DNA of 62,001 nucleotides from Yoonia sp. (GTDB lineage Bacteria; Pseudomonadota; Alphaproteobacteria; Rhodobacterales; Rhodobacteraceae): positions 1 to 62,001 of the forward strand of contig NZ_DASYOK010000058.1 in the NCBI RefSeq assembly GCF_036007805.1. Reading direction: 5' to 3'. The translations under genes and the position numbers were made by a program. The stretch's first letter is position 1, and each line of letters starts with the position of its first letter. The notes beneath the pieces were generated by a model. It saw only the letters and a program-made list of their open reading frames with translations. It had not been told where the DNA came from and searched no databases. This document shows, piece after piece, positions 40,880 through 51,064 of the stretch.

Positions 40880-41725
40880 TTAAAGCTCGTCAAACCGTCT
40901 GTGGCCGTCTTCGATTGCGGCCATACGGCTCCGACCGGAGGCCCCCGAAAGCGCAATGGTGCGCGCAGCGACCAGATTGCAAATGGCCATTGTGCCCACA
41001 TGGTTCATCAACGGACCGTTGGCTGAAGTGACGCATGTCAATTGCCAGCGCGCATCGGCTGTTTCCGCAGTTGGTCGATCCTCAATCACCGCAAGGGCGG
41101 CGCCAACATGATTGGCGGCCTCGACAACGGCCGTCAGGATTTGTGGTCTGCGGCGCAAAGCGACGAGCACGACAACATCCTTGGACGACAAGGATGCGAG
41201 GCTTTCCGCCAGTGTTTCGCCCGCTCTTGGTAAAACGCTTACATTTCCCAAGACCTGCAACGTCTGCCAGCCGAGATATTGCGCGAAGGGCTGCCCCGCA
41301 CGAAACCCTATAAACCAGACCCGTGGCGCGGCAATAAGCGCCTCGGCAAGGTTGTCGATCAGTGCATCATCCAAGGCACCATAGGTCAGCTCAAGATTCT
41401 GCTGCGTTGTCTCGAAATGCGCAGCAACCGCTCCACCGCGCTGTGGCGTTTCCGAAGAAAATCGCAACAAAGCTGTACCAGCGCGTTGTTCATCCCTGAC
41501 GGCGCGGCGCGCTTCGTCAAACGAACCGTACCCGATCCGCCGCACAAATCGCGACACGGTGGCATTGGACACATTCGCAAGCTCGGCAATTTCAGTCGCG
41601 GTATAACCCGCCATCTCGCCCGGGAAATCCAGAACAAGCTCTGCAAGCTTGTGCTCACTCGGGTTAAGGTCCGGCAAAGCATCGCGCACGCGCAACAGAA
41701 ATGGCTTGGTCACGTCTTTGGTCAT
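40880..41725 (-). CDS. MurR/RpiR-family regulator
   Basis: HTH ATEIAELANVSNATVSRFVRRIGY plus SIS domain. Confidence 0.9.
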   Translation of the reverse strand: MTKDVTKPFLLRVRDALPDLNPSEHKLAELVLDFPGEMAGYTATEIAELANVSNATVSRFVRRIGYGSFDEARRAVRDEQRAGTALLRFSSETPQRGGAVAAHFETTQQNLELTYGALDDALIDNLAEALIAAPRVWFIGFRAGQPFAQYLGWQTLQVLGNVSVLPRAGETLAESLASLSSKDVVVLVALRRRPQILTAVVEAANHVGAALAVIEDRPTAETADARWQLTCVTSANGPLMNHVGTMAICNLVAARTIALSGASGRSRMAAIEDGHRRFDEL

Positions 41726-42029
41726 TCGCTCAAAATGATTGGTGTTGAGATCGAGGTAAACAGATTTATGCAATCGGTCAGGAATTAGTGCCCTCTATCA
41801 GGTGAGGCTTGGAATTCACAACGCAGCAATGCTGAACTGCCCCAGATACCACGACAAGAAACCCACACACGCGTTTTGAACATGAAAGGCCACAAGCCGA
41901 CCGCCAAAGAAACGGCTGAGACCATGACACACAGCATAACGAGGATCGAAAACACAGCCGTCAAACCAAATGAAGCGCGATATCACTAGTCGGGCAGCCG
42001 GAACTCAAAACTCCCAAAACCTAGGAATT

Positions 42030-44528
42030 TTAACTGGCGAACAAATCATCAGGTGCAATTCCGCGTTTTTCCGCGCTTGCGCGGACCGCATCTTGTAAAG
42101 TCGCACTGCGACGTAACAGGCGGCGGAACCTTGCTTCGTCAAGTTCCAGCAAAGTCGACGGGGTGATAACGCGCACTTCGGTCCGACGTGCTTTGCGCAT
42201 CAGGATGGCCATCTGCCCGACCATTTCACCACGGCCAAGACGCCAGGTCTGGCCCGCTGTTTCGACCTCTGCTGCGCCAGAAGCGATGAAAAATACACTT
42301 TTGGCGATGCTGTCCTTGCCGATAATGATATCCCCTGCATTCACATAGCGTGTCTTGAGCACACGCGTCAGTCGCTTCAAGTCCGGCTCATCCAAAGCCG
42401 CAAAAAGTGGAAACTGACGCACCAGTTCGGAGCGTTGAAGCGCAATATCAAGCTGAGGGCGTTCCTCGGCCGCTGCGCGGCGCAAGTCGAGGTCTTCGAC
42501 AAGCTTGGTGTAAACTTCAGCGCCGATCAATCCATCCTCGCGCATGGTCGCGTATTCGCGTTCTTCCAGCCGCAGTGCTGTCCGGCGGATAAAGCGCCGC
42601 TCAAGTTCTTCGGCATAGCCGGGATACTGCAACCTAAGACCGTCCAGGGCAGTTTCGACCGCGTCGATCCGGCGCGACAATGACTCACGTAATAGGTCTG
42701 CCACGCGCCGTCCGTGAATGCGCCGGATGCGCCCATCTATGAAGGCGCCCAGATCCCGCAGGATCAGCCTTTGCGACAAAAGTAATTCGAACCGGTCGGC
42801 CGTGATCCGTGCCAGTGGGAATGACAGGTGCAACCGGCTATGCAACAGCCCCGCCGCACGGAATGCGCGCCCATAGGTGACACTGCGCTTTGCGGCGCGA
42901 TTGTATCCACTGCGCCCGTCAGAACGCGCGCCTTCGATCAGGCGGTCCGCATCCGAGAGCACTTGTTCCGCCATGCGGGCCGAGATTGTGCGCTCGCGCA
43001 ATCGGGCAAGGATTGTGTCACGTTCGTAACCCGCAAGCGCGATAAGACCCAGCGTGATCCGGTCGCGATCCAGAATGTCTGCGCTGTCCTCTGCCGTCTT
43101 CACGGCTTCTTCAAGTCGTTCTCCAAAACCCTTTGCTTCGGACCTGACGATATCATGGCTGAGCTCATAATTCTCTGTCGTGCGCGCGAGGTCCTCGCGC
43201 ACCGTCTGCAACGCAACGGCGACCACCTGCCGAGAGAGCGCCTCGTCGATCGGTGACAGCCGGTCGAGCCCCAACCGCGCGATAACCCAGCGCAGCGTCG
43301 TGCCCTGAACGATCAGTGTGAAAAGAGTGAAACCGGTCGCAAGGATGCCCACCACACGCTGTATCCCGTCCGGCACACGGAAGCTTTCGGTGACCGCAAG
43401 CGCGAGAGCCAAAGTGACCGCGCCCCGCAAGCCACCCCAGAGGATTGCAACACGGTAAGGCCGTTCGACCGCGGGTGAGAGCTTTAACGCGGACAGTAAT
43501 GGCAAAAGACCAAAAAGGATCGCAACACGCGCTGCAATAGCGGCAATGATCACCACACCGACCAACAAGAAGTCTGAGACGCGCACCTCTTCCAGAAGTC
43601 GCGGGATCAGCAATGCTGCAAGGATAAAGATGAGCGCACCAGCCCAATGCGCCAGAATATCCCATAACTCGCGCAATTTTGCCCAAGCTTGCGGTTGCAG
43701 ACGACTGGGACCGGTCAAGTTGAGCGTCAGCCCCGCGGCGACTACAGCAATCACGCCAGAAGCCCCGATGCTTTGCTCTGCGCCAATATAGGCAAGGTAA
43801 GGCAGTGCAACCGAGATCGAGATCTGCGCAAGCGCGTGTCGCCGGAACATGGCCATGAACCACAAAGCGATCCGCGCAGCCAACCACCCCGTGAACGCTC
43901 CTCCGGCAATCAAAAGCGGAAAGCGGGCAAGCGCGTCTGCAAGGCTTGGGTCAGGCACACCCAGCATCACGAACCCCATAAACAAACCAAATAACGCGAT
44001 AGCCGCGGCGTCGTTCAGCAAACTTTCGCCCTCAATGATCCGGGCAAGCCGACGCGGCGCCGAGATCGACCGGAAGATCGAAACCACCGCCGAAGGGTCC
44101 GTTGTCGATACGATTGCGCCGATCAACAGGCAGGCCGCCAGCGGCAGGGCGCTGGCCCACGACAGGGCGTAGCCAACGGTGAGTGTCGCGACAACGACGG
44201 CCACGACAGCAAGCACCAGAATAGGCACCCAGTCTTCAAGCATCCGGCGCAGGTTCATCCCGAGCGTTGCCTGAAACAGCAGTGTCGGCAGGAAGATGTA
44301 AAGAAAGACATTGGACCGGATCGGCAGACCGAGGATCGCCTCGGCCACCGGGTTGAGCGCGTCGGTTATTTCTGTCCGCAAGAAAAATATCGCACCGACA
44401 CCAATCAGAATGCCGATAGCCGCCAGGATCACACTATAGGGCAGGCGCAGCTTGGCCGCCAACGGCTCTGCCACCCCTATCACAAGGAACAATGAGGCGA
44501 TGACAGTCGTGATCAGAACAATGTCCAT
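42030..44528 (-). CDS. CPA1 Na+/H+ antiporter with C-terminal cNMP-binding domain
   Basis: TDP, EGESLLND and GLRGAV motifs; C-terminal FPLF...FFIASG..EV...GRGE.VG.MA. Confidence 0.92.
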   Translation of the reverse strand: MDIVLITTVIASLFLVIGVAEPLAAKLRLPYSVILAAIGILIGVGAIFFLRTEITDALNPVAEAILGLPIRSNVFLYIFLPTLLFQATLGMNLRRMLEDWVPILVLAVVAVVVATLTVGYALSWASALPLAACLLIGAIVSTTDPSAVVSIFRSISAPRRLARIIEGESLLNDAAAIALFGLFMGFVMLGVPDPSLADALARFPLLIAGGAFTGWLAARIALWFMAMFRRHALAQISISVALPYLAYIGAEQSIGASGVIAVVAAGLTLNLTGPSRLQPQAWAKLRELWDILAHWAGALIFILAALLIPRLLEEVRVSDFLLVGVVIIAAIAARVAILFGLLPLLSALKLSPAVERPYRVAILWGGLRGAVTLALALAVTESFRVPDGIQRVVGILATGFTLFTLIVQGTTLRWVIARLGLDRLSPIDEALSRQVVAVALQTVREDLARTTENYELSHDIVRSEAKGFGERLEEAVKTAEDSADILDRDRITLGLIALAGYERDTILARLRERTISARMAEQVLSDADRLIEGARSDGRSGYNRAAKRSVTYGRAFRAAGLLHSRLHLSFPLARITADRFELLLSQRLILRDLGAFIDGRIRRIHGRRVADLLRESLSRRIDAVETALDGLRLQYPGYAEELERRFIRRTALRLEEREYATMREDGLIGAEVYTKLVEDLDLRRAAAEERPQLDIALQRSELVRQFPLFAALDEPDLKRLTRVLKTRYVNAGDIIIGKDSIAKSVFFIASGAAEVETAGQTWRLGRGEMVGQMAILMRKARRTEVRVITPSTLLELDEARFRRLLRRSATLQDAVRASAEKRGIAPDDLFAS

Positions 44529-44773
44529 GCTATTGAAATAACATACTGATCGTTAACCGCATCGCAAAAAAAACACGCTTTAACCACACAAGACAGATAT
44601 CGTGATCACGCAGGGATAAAAACGCGAAGCGCTCAACCGCATTACCTAAGGAGCCGCGCTATCAACCATGGGACGGACCCCTAAGGGACCAAGCGCTTCC
44701 CGCTGCACCAGCGGCATCGCTGGCCGGGCTGCCCACCGGCTGTGAATGCGTTGCAGAAACGACATAGGCCAGA

Positions 44774-45721
44774 TCAGATCGGTGGCGCAGCGCGCTCGGT
44801 GATCAGTTGACGCGCAGTGACCCTTTCGCGGTGGATCATATACAATCCCGCACTGATGATGATGGCGATGCCCGTAAGCGTAAGCGCATTGGGGAAATCA
44901 TTGAAAACCAGATAACCCAGCAATGTTGCCACCGGCAGTTCCAGATACTGCAGTGGCGCCAGTGTGGCCGAAGGCGCCAGCGAGAGCGCATAGGTCATCA
45001 TCATATGGCTCAGCGTGGCGAAAAATCCGACCCCCAGGAGCCAGAGCCATACCACGCCTTCGGGCCAAACCGGATCAAGAAAAGCTATCCCCCTGCCCTC
45101 GGCCAATATCAAAACCGGCAGGCACAGGAAGCTGGCAACAAGACCTGTGTGAAATTGCAAGATCACGGGATGCATTCTGCGCGACAGCCCGCGCGTCACG
45201 AGTATATAGAACGCGAAACCCACAGCCGTGCCCAGCGGAAAGAGTGCCACTGCGCCAAAGGTTGCAAAACTGGGTTGGATCACAAACAAGACACCCACAA
45301 AGCCCACAATGGCGGCAACAACGCGCCGCGAACCTACATCTTCGTACAGGTAGAACTTCCCCACCAACAGCACGATGAACGGGGCCACAAACACGATCGC
45401 CAGAGCGTCAGCAAGCGGCATAACGCGTATTGCGGCAATAAAGCAAAAAGTTGAGGCTAACAAAAGTATCGCGCGAAACAAGAGCGGAAACCATTGCCGC
45501 CGCTCCACCCGCAACGACAGACCCATCATCCAGACAAAAGGCGCCATCAGCACGCATTGAACGACAAAGCGCGCGGCCGTGATCTGCCCCACTGGCACGC
45601 TGGCCGATGCCAGCTTGGCCGCAACATCCAGTAACGGGGCGGTCACGCAAAATCCTAGCATCAAGACGACACCGGTGAGGATGCGGTCCGTAGAGTGATT
45701 GAGAGAGGAAGACTGGGTCAT
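44774..45721 (-). CDS. DMT/EamA-family transporter
   Basis: 10 TM helices, two EamA repeats, LAPLQYLE. Confidence 0.9.
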   Translation of the reverse strand: MTQSSSLNHSTDRILTGVVLMLGFCVTAPLLDVAAKLASASVPVGQITAARFVVQCVLMAPFVWMMGLSLRVERRQWFPLLFRAILLLASTFCFIAAIRVMPLADALAIVFVAPFIVLLVGKFYLYEDVGSRRVVAAIVGFVGVLFVIQPSFATFGAVALFPLGTAVGFAFYILVTRGLSRRMHPVILQFHTGLVASFLCLPVLILAEGRGIAFLDPVWPEGVVWLWLLGVGFFATLSHMMMTYALSLAPSATLAPLQYLELPVATLLGYLVFNDFPNALTLTGIAIIISAGLYMIHRERVTARQLITERAAPPI

Positions 45722-46036
45722 AGGGCCCAAGTAAGGGTCTCAGCAAAGATGCGTCTGTTCCTTTTACGACGCTTGGTCGTGCTCTATGACCCATTTGAGC
45801 GGTGACGTCACGCGCAGCGCACGTTTCGAACGGCCCCTCTTCAACACTGCCGCAGTATCCTTGAACGTCAGCCATCGCGGGGGCGTTCAAAGCCTTCGCA
45901 AACTTGTTTTGAGAAGGCGATGTGGTCGCCAAACCCCGAAAACCTTTCGAACACTCCAAAACGGAGCGATTTCAGGGGGCATATAGTACGTTTGAGAAAC
46001 GAGGGGCCGGACACGCGTCCGACCCCTCCATCTTGG

Positions 46037-46579
46037 TTAGTTTGCCGAGAATGGCAAGGAGGAGTGGTGCAAGACGATTTTCGGTTCCCCGTTCTCCATC
46101 TGCGCATAGCCGAAGGTATATTCGACCTTTACTTCTGACCCATCAGCCGTTGTGAAGAAGTAGTTGCCCATCGACATGGCTTTTTTGCCGCTGATGATAG
46201 TGCCTTCGTTTTCCCAACGGACATTGGAGTAAGGCGCAATTGCAAAGCCGCTGTCCTCGGCAATGTCACCGCCGACAAAGTAGGACAGCGCCTCGTCGAA
46301 TGTGCCGCGGAACTGATCCTCTGCGGCAAGCGTCGGCTTGAACAGCACTTCACCTTCCTCATAGGCGTAGAAAGTATTGATATGGTTCGCTGCTTCAGTT
46401 CGGTAATCACCTCCGTCGGTATAGACGCGGCCAATATTCACAATGCCCTCGCCCCACGCAGTTTGAACGGCGGTGATCTGCTCGGGCGTTAAACCTGAAT
46501 GGCCGTCGGCAAGAGCGACACTGTGGGTGGCTGCGAAAGCAAGAGCGGCCGCGGCGGCGATAGTTTTTGGTCCAGTCAT
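46037..46579 (-). CDS. Secreted COG4337-type (iota-class) carbonic anhydrase
   Basis: Signal peptide; Q.AWG, VLFKPTL, ALSYF, D.GFA, MGNY.F and terminal HHSSLP motifs. Confidence 0.78.
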   Translation of the reverse strand: MTGPKTIAAAAALAFAATHSVALADGHSGLTPEQITAVQTAWGEGIVNIGRVYTDGGDYRTEAANHINTFYAYEEGEVLFKPTLAAEDQFRGTFDEALSYFVGGDIAEDSGFAIAPYSNVRWENEGTIISGKKAMSMGNYFFTTADGSEVKVEYTFGYAQMENGEPKIVLHHSSLPFSAN

Positions 46580-46624
46580 ATCAGAGTTCCTTTTCACAGG
46601 TTTGGGTTTGTCCGTGATTGTCAG

Positions 46625-46640
46625 ATAGGAAATCAGTATC
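46625..46640. promoter_or_regulatory. LysR/OxyR-style site ATAG-N7-GTAT in the divergent promoter
   Basis: GATAGGAAATCAGTATC contains a T-N11-A dyad. Confidence 0.45.
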
Positions 46641-46705
46641 CATATAACCAATTGAATGTTTTTCTACTTTCAATAGCCCAAGAGAATGGATCGGAGGCCA
46701 AGACG

Positions 46706-47641
46706 ATGCGCCCAACGCTAAGACAAATCGAATATTTCGTGGCCGTTGCTGAATACGGTGCCTTCGGTGCCGCGGCGGATGCCCTTGCCGTTAGTCAGCC
46801 AAGTCTGTCCAAGCAACTCAGCACCATGGAACAGGAATTAGGTATCCGCCTGTTCGAGCGCACGTCGCGGCGCGTGTCGCTCACACCAACCGGCCGTGCA
46901 GTATTGGCGCGGGGAAGATCAATCTTACGTGATGTGCGCGACTTCAAAGCCATCGCGCGAGGGACCACGAGCCTGTTTGCGGCCAAGCTGTCGATCGGGG
47001 TACTGCCCTCGATAGGAGCGTATTTCATGCCGATAGCGAACCGGCGGCTACATAATCTTTATCCCGATCTTCGCCTCGTCATACAGGAAGGGGCGACGCG
47101 GCCACTTCTTCAACTGCTCAAGGACGGTACTATAGATGCTGTTATTGGAACCCCAACAAATGAACCCGAATTTGACAGCGCCCCCCTCTTTGAAGAAGCC
47201 CTCTGGGTTTGTGCCGCAAGCGACGATCCAATCTCCTTGGGTAGCGGTCCGGTCACATTATCGGACCTCGCAAATAGTCCACTGCTATCCTTGAGCGCAG
47301 AATTCCGGCTGAACGACATAGTCGAACAGCTCGCAAGGAAGGCAGGCACCTATCTGAGCCGTGATTACGAAGGCGGCAGCCTCGACGCGGTGCGACAGAT
47401 GGCAGTGATGGGCGCGGGTGTCGCGATCTTGCCCTCCCTCTACGCCCTTGCAGAAGCGGTGCGGGATCCCGAGTTCAAGGTGCGCAGGCTGGATCACCCG
47501 GATGCAGTTCACCCCGTTGCTTTGCACTGGCGGCGGACCTCCCCCGCCGCAGAGGATTTCATCAGCCTTGCCAAAGACCTGATTATCGTAAAACAAGAAA
47601 TTCGCGCCTTGCGCGTCCAACGTTTCGGAAGCCATCCCTGA
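46706..47641 (+). CDS. LysR-family regulator, OxyR-like but lacking the redox cysteines
   Basis: MRPTLRQIEYF HTH, SLDAVRQM and G.G.AILP motifs; EFRL where OxyR has GHC(L/F). Confidence 0.9.
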   Translation: MRPTLRQIEYFVAVAEYGAFGAAADALAVSQPSLSKQLSTMEQELGIRLFERTSRRVSLTPTGRAVLARGRSILRDVRDFKAIARGTTSLFAAKLSIGVLPSIGAYFMPIANRRLHNLYPDLRLVIQEGATRPLLQLLKDGTIDAVIGTPTNEPEFDSAPLFEEALWVCAASDDPISLGSGPVTLSDLANSPLLSLSAEFRLNDIVEQLARKAGTYLSRDYEGGSLDAVRQMAVMGAGVAILPSLYALAEAVRDPEFKVRRLDHPDAVHPVALHWRRTSPAAEDFISLAKDLIIVKQEIRALRVQRFGSHP

Positions 47642-47772
47642 GCCTTGATGCCTATTCAAATCGTGATCGGAAAAACCCGCGCAATCCTGTCAGCAAATCA
47701 ACACCCCAGCGCGCTCTGCAGTCTGCAAAGTTTGAAATGCTGACAGGATGGCCCTTACCCGTCTTGTCGCGC

Positions 47773-49815
47773 TCAGAAGGTTTGCGTGAACGATAAGTTG
47801 AACGATCTGCCCGGCGCTTTCCTGCTGGGCGAAGACAGATGCCCCACGTAATCAGCATCGAGTGCGTTTTCGACACCGAAGCGCACTTCACTTCCATCAA
47901 GCCATCCTTGGCCTTGTGGCGTCCATGTTGCACGCAGGTTGTGCACAGTGCTGTCCGGCAGATCATCGCCAAGGGCATCGCGGCGATCAACTGCGTGGAT
48001 GATTTCCCAGCTCAGATCGAGGCGGTCTTCCCATTTTCTGCCCAGTGTCAGCTGTGCCCGATCCGCCGGCGTGTTGCGCCAAGTTGCATCGGTACCATCA
48101 GGGTTGAATTCGGTACCCTCGCCGATATGTCCGGCGAAATCGGCGTATAAGCCGCTTGTCATGCCATAAGAGGCTTCCAGTTCAATCCCGCTGGACTCCA
48201 CACGGTCCAGTTCCGTCGCCATCGAACCTGCCACCGTGTAACTTGTAATGTCGCGCAGTTCAGTCTGATAAAGGTTGCCGCGCATGGTGAAGGTGTCACC
48301 ATTGGCAAAGACATCAGTGCTTGTGTATTCGGCACCAAGCTCGAATGTGTGGGATTTCTCTGACATGCCGATCCGCCGTTGTGCGGTGGCGCTGGTTCCA
48401 AGATCATCAATGATCGGCAGACCTTCGGTATAGGCGGCCGAGCCGAAGACAGACAGCCCCGTACCAAGATCATAGGCCAGTGCCAGACCGCCCATCAGAG
48501 CGTCCTTTTCATAGGTATCGGGAACACCTGCGAGGTCGTTTTCGCTTTCAATGCTGGAGCTTTCATAGCGCATGGCCGGTGTCACCGTGAATTGACCCAT
48601 GGTCATTTCATCAACGACAAAAAGGGCGAAACGATCGTTTGTGCCACCCGGCGCACCGCCAGCCGCGTTATCGGCACGGATACGGCGCTGCGCTTCAACC
48701 CCTGCAAGCATGTCATGCGCGATTGCGCCTGTGTCAAACAAGGCGCGGTTTGTCACGGTCAGCTTGGCCGTTTCATAGCGTTGGTCGGCATTTACCGTTT
48801 CAAGAAGGAACGGAAAGCTGGGCGTCCCTTCGAGAGGCGAGGACCCGGGGATGTAGTCGGATTCGATTGCCTGATCGGCATAAGACAGATTGGCGCGTAG
48901 ATCGACGAGATCAGTGACCGGATTGAAACGATACTCGACAGCCGTCTGGGTCGTTTCAGTCAGACGGTCGACGCGACCAAAGGAATCAGCCGTGGTGACG
49001 AATTGGTCATAAGGAACGTCCTTGTCATCTGCGACCGTGCTTGAATGGCTGAACATCAGGGAATGTGCGTCGTCCTGACCGAAAGTGAATGTGCCCTTCG
49101 CGAGGAAGGAAGGCGTGCGGAACGCGCTGTTTCCAATCGTCGTCCCGTCACCTGCCGTCAGGTCGTCCTGATCGCGCAGGGTATAATTCAGCAGAAATTC
49201 GGCACCTTCCGTCGGCATCCAAGCAAGGTTGGTCGAACTGACCCACCCGCTGCCATTCGAGTTGAACGAAAGGGTCTGGGAGCCCCCAAAGCCAGGCACA
49301 CCCCCTGTGAAATCTGAGGCATCCTTTGTTTCCAGCCTTACAACCCCCCCGACAATACCAGAACCATAGGCAAAGCTGCCGATGGTCCCGCGCAAGACCT
49401 CGACTTCGCGATAGAGCAGCGGATCGGTGAAAAGCTGTGTGCCGATGCGGTAGAGTTCTTCCGACCCGACCGAGGCGCCGTCGATCTGGATGGCGATTTT
49501 CTGGTCCGAGCCGAAGGTCGTGTTCGCGCCAAACCCACGGATATTGATCCCCGACCCTTGCGGCGTCGTGCCGTTCACCAAGGTCACCCCCGGCACGCTG
49601 TCGATCAGTTGCGCGACCGTGCTGGCCTGTCGGTCCATGATCTCTTCTTCACCGACAACTGTGCGCGACAGCGCGGTGCCAAAACTGAGATCGCGTTTGC
49701 CGCCGGTGAGGATAAGTGTCCCCAGAAAGCCGGGATCACTGTCTTGTGCCGTGGCTGGCATTGCCAGCGAAAAGCAGACGAGCGCGGTCGTGCCGCGCAT
49801 CAAAGAGGTAAGCAT
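47773..49815 (-). CDS. hmuR: TonB-dependent haem receptor
   Basis: Signal peptide; plug INIRGFG...VEVLRG...YGSG..GG; C-terminal Phe; divergent from hmuS. Confidence 0.88.
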   Translation of the reverse strand: MLTSLMRGTTALVCFSLAMPATAQDSDPGFLGTLILTGGKRDLSFGTALSRTVVGEEEIMDRQASTVAQLIDSVPGVTLVNGTTPQGSGINIRGFGANTTFGSDQKIAIQIDGASVGSEELYRIGTQLFTDPLLYREVEVLRGTIGSFAYGSGIVGGVVRLETKDASDFTGGVPGFGGSQTLSFNSNGSGWVSSTNLAWMPTEGAEFLLNYTLRDQDDLTAGDGTTIGNSAFRTPSFLAKGTFTFGQDDAHSLMFSHSSTVADDKDVPYDQFVTTADSFGRVDRLTETTQTAVEYRFNPVTDLVDLRANLSYADQAIESDYIPGSSPLEGTPSFPFLLETVNADQRYETAKLTVTNRALFDTGAIAHDMLAGVEAQRRIRADNAAGGAPGGTNDRFALFVVDEMTMGQFTVTPAMRYESSSIESENDLAGVPDTYEKDALMGGLALAYDLGTGLSVFGSAAYTEGLPIIDDLGTSATAQRRIGMSEKSHTFELGAEYTSTDVFANGDTFTMRGNLYQTELRDITSYTVAGSMATELDRVESSGIELEASYGMTSGLYADFAGHIGEGTEFNPDGTDATWRNTPADRAQLTLGRKWEDRLDLSWEIIHAVDRRDALGDDLPDSTVHNLRATWTPQGQGWLDGSEVRFGVENALDADYVGHLSSPSRKAPGRSFNLSFTQTF

Positions 49816-49921
49816 TGCGCCATCCTTCGTGTGTTTCAGGCCGAAGCTTGCGAAGGCTGGCGCGGCAGTTTTCATGATTTTGCGCTACGACGTACCGCAA
49901 TGGGTTGCAGCTTTAACCTTA

Positions 49922-49940
49922 CCCAACTAAAACAGTCAAG
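49922..49940. promoter_or_regulatory. Iron-Rhodo box between the receptor and hmuS
   Basis: CCCAACTAAAACAGTCAAG fits the CTTGACT-N5-AGTCAAG dyad of Rhodobacteraceae iron genes. Confidence 0.65.
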
Positions 49941-50011
49941 TAATTAGAAAGCCACGCACCACGTCTTTCGGGCGCAGCCATCGGACCACACACAAACATC
50001 CGAGGACGCCC

Positions 50012-51064
50012 ATGACACAGCAATCCGCTGGCAAACCATCCGATATTCGCGCCTTTCTTGCAGAAAACCCGAAACTGCGCGCCCGCGATGCGGCAAACGC
50101 ACAAGGCATTGCCGAAGCGCAGCTCGTTGCTGCCGGCGTCGGGCATGGCACCACCCGAATCGCGGCTCACCCCGATCGGATTATTCCCGCAGCCGAAGCC
50201 TTGGGCGAAGTCATGGCGCTGACCCGCGTTGATGCCTGCGTCCATGAAAAGGTAGGCGCATATGGCAACTATCACCGTGGCGATCATGCCGCGATGACCC
50301 TGACCGAAAATGTGGACCTGCGCATCTTTCCGTCACATTGGGTGCATGCCTTCGCTGTCGAGACAGAGACCGCGCAGGGCTTGCGACGCTCTTTGCAGAT
50401 TTTCGATGCAGCAGGCGACGCGGTGCACAAAATCCACCTGCGTGAAGGATCGCAGCACAACGCATGGGCCGCAATTGTTGCTGATCTGGCGGTCGCGGAT
50501 CAGTTCGACAGCCAGCCTGTCGAGGCCCGCAAGCCGGTCGAGGGGCCGAAATCGCGCGCTGACAAAGCCGACATCCTACGGACAGAATGGGCAAAGCTGA
50601 CGGATACACACCAATTCCTGCGCCTGTGTGCCAAACTCAAGATGAACCGGCTCGGGGCCTACCGGATCGCCGGTGCGCCCTGGGTGCGCCAGCTTGCCCC
50701 CAAGGCCGCTGATACAATGCTTCATGCTGTACGCGATGCCGGGATCGAGGTGATGATCTTTGTCGGAAACCGTGGCTGCATCCAGATCCACACCGGTAAG
50801 ATCCATAGCCTGAAACCGATAGGGCCTTGGCAGAACGTCATGGATCCCGGGTTCAACCTGCATCTGCGTCTCGACAAGGTGGCCGAGGTCTGGGCCGTGC
50901 ATAAACCCACGCAACGCGGACCTGCCGTATCGGTCGAAGCCTTCGATGCAGAAGGCGGTATGATTTTTCAGGTGTTCGGCGTCGGCAAGGAGGGGCGCGA
51001 TTCACGCGCCGAATGGGGCCAGATCGTGGATTGTCTTTCAACGCTTGTGGAGGTGCCCGCATGA
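50012..51064 (+). CDS. hmuS: Haem-degrading/trafficking protein HemS/HmuS
   Basis: RARDAA, VHEK.G, DLRIF, TDTHQF and FNLHL motifs. Confidence 0.95.
   Translation: MTQQSAGKPSDIRAFLAENPKLRARDAANAQGIAEAQLVAAGVGHGTTRIAAHPDRIIPAAEALGEVMALTRVDACVHEKVGAYGNYHRGDHAAMTLTENVDLRIFPSHWVHAFAVETETAQGLRRSLQIFDAAGDAVHKIHLREGSQHNAWAAIVADLAVADQFDSQPVEARKPVEGPKSRADKADILRTEWAKLTDTHQFLRLCAKLKMNRLGAYRIAGAPWVRQLAPKAADTMLHAVRDAGIEVMIFVGNRGCIQIHTGKIHSLKPIGPWQNVMDPGFNLHLRLDKVAEVWAVHKPTQRGPAVSVEAFDAEGGMIFQVFGVGKEGRDSRAEWGQIVDCLSTLVEVPA

Noticed and set aside
45760-46030. Possible gene remnant or ncRNA between eamA and the CA gene
   Set aside because: No recognisable protein motif in the frames read and no convincing structure
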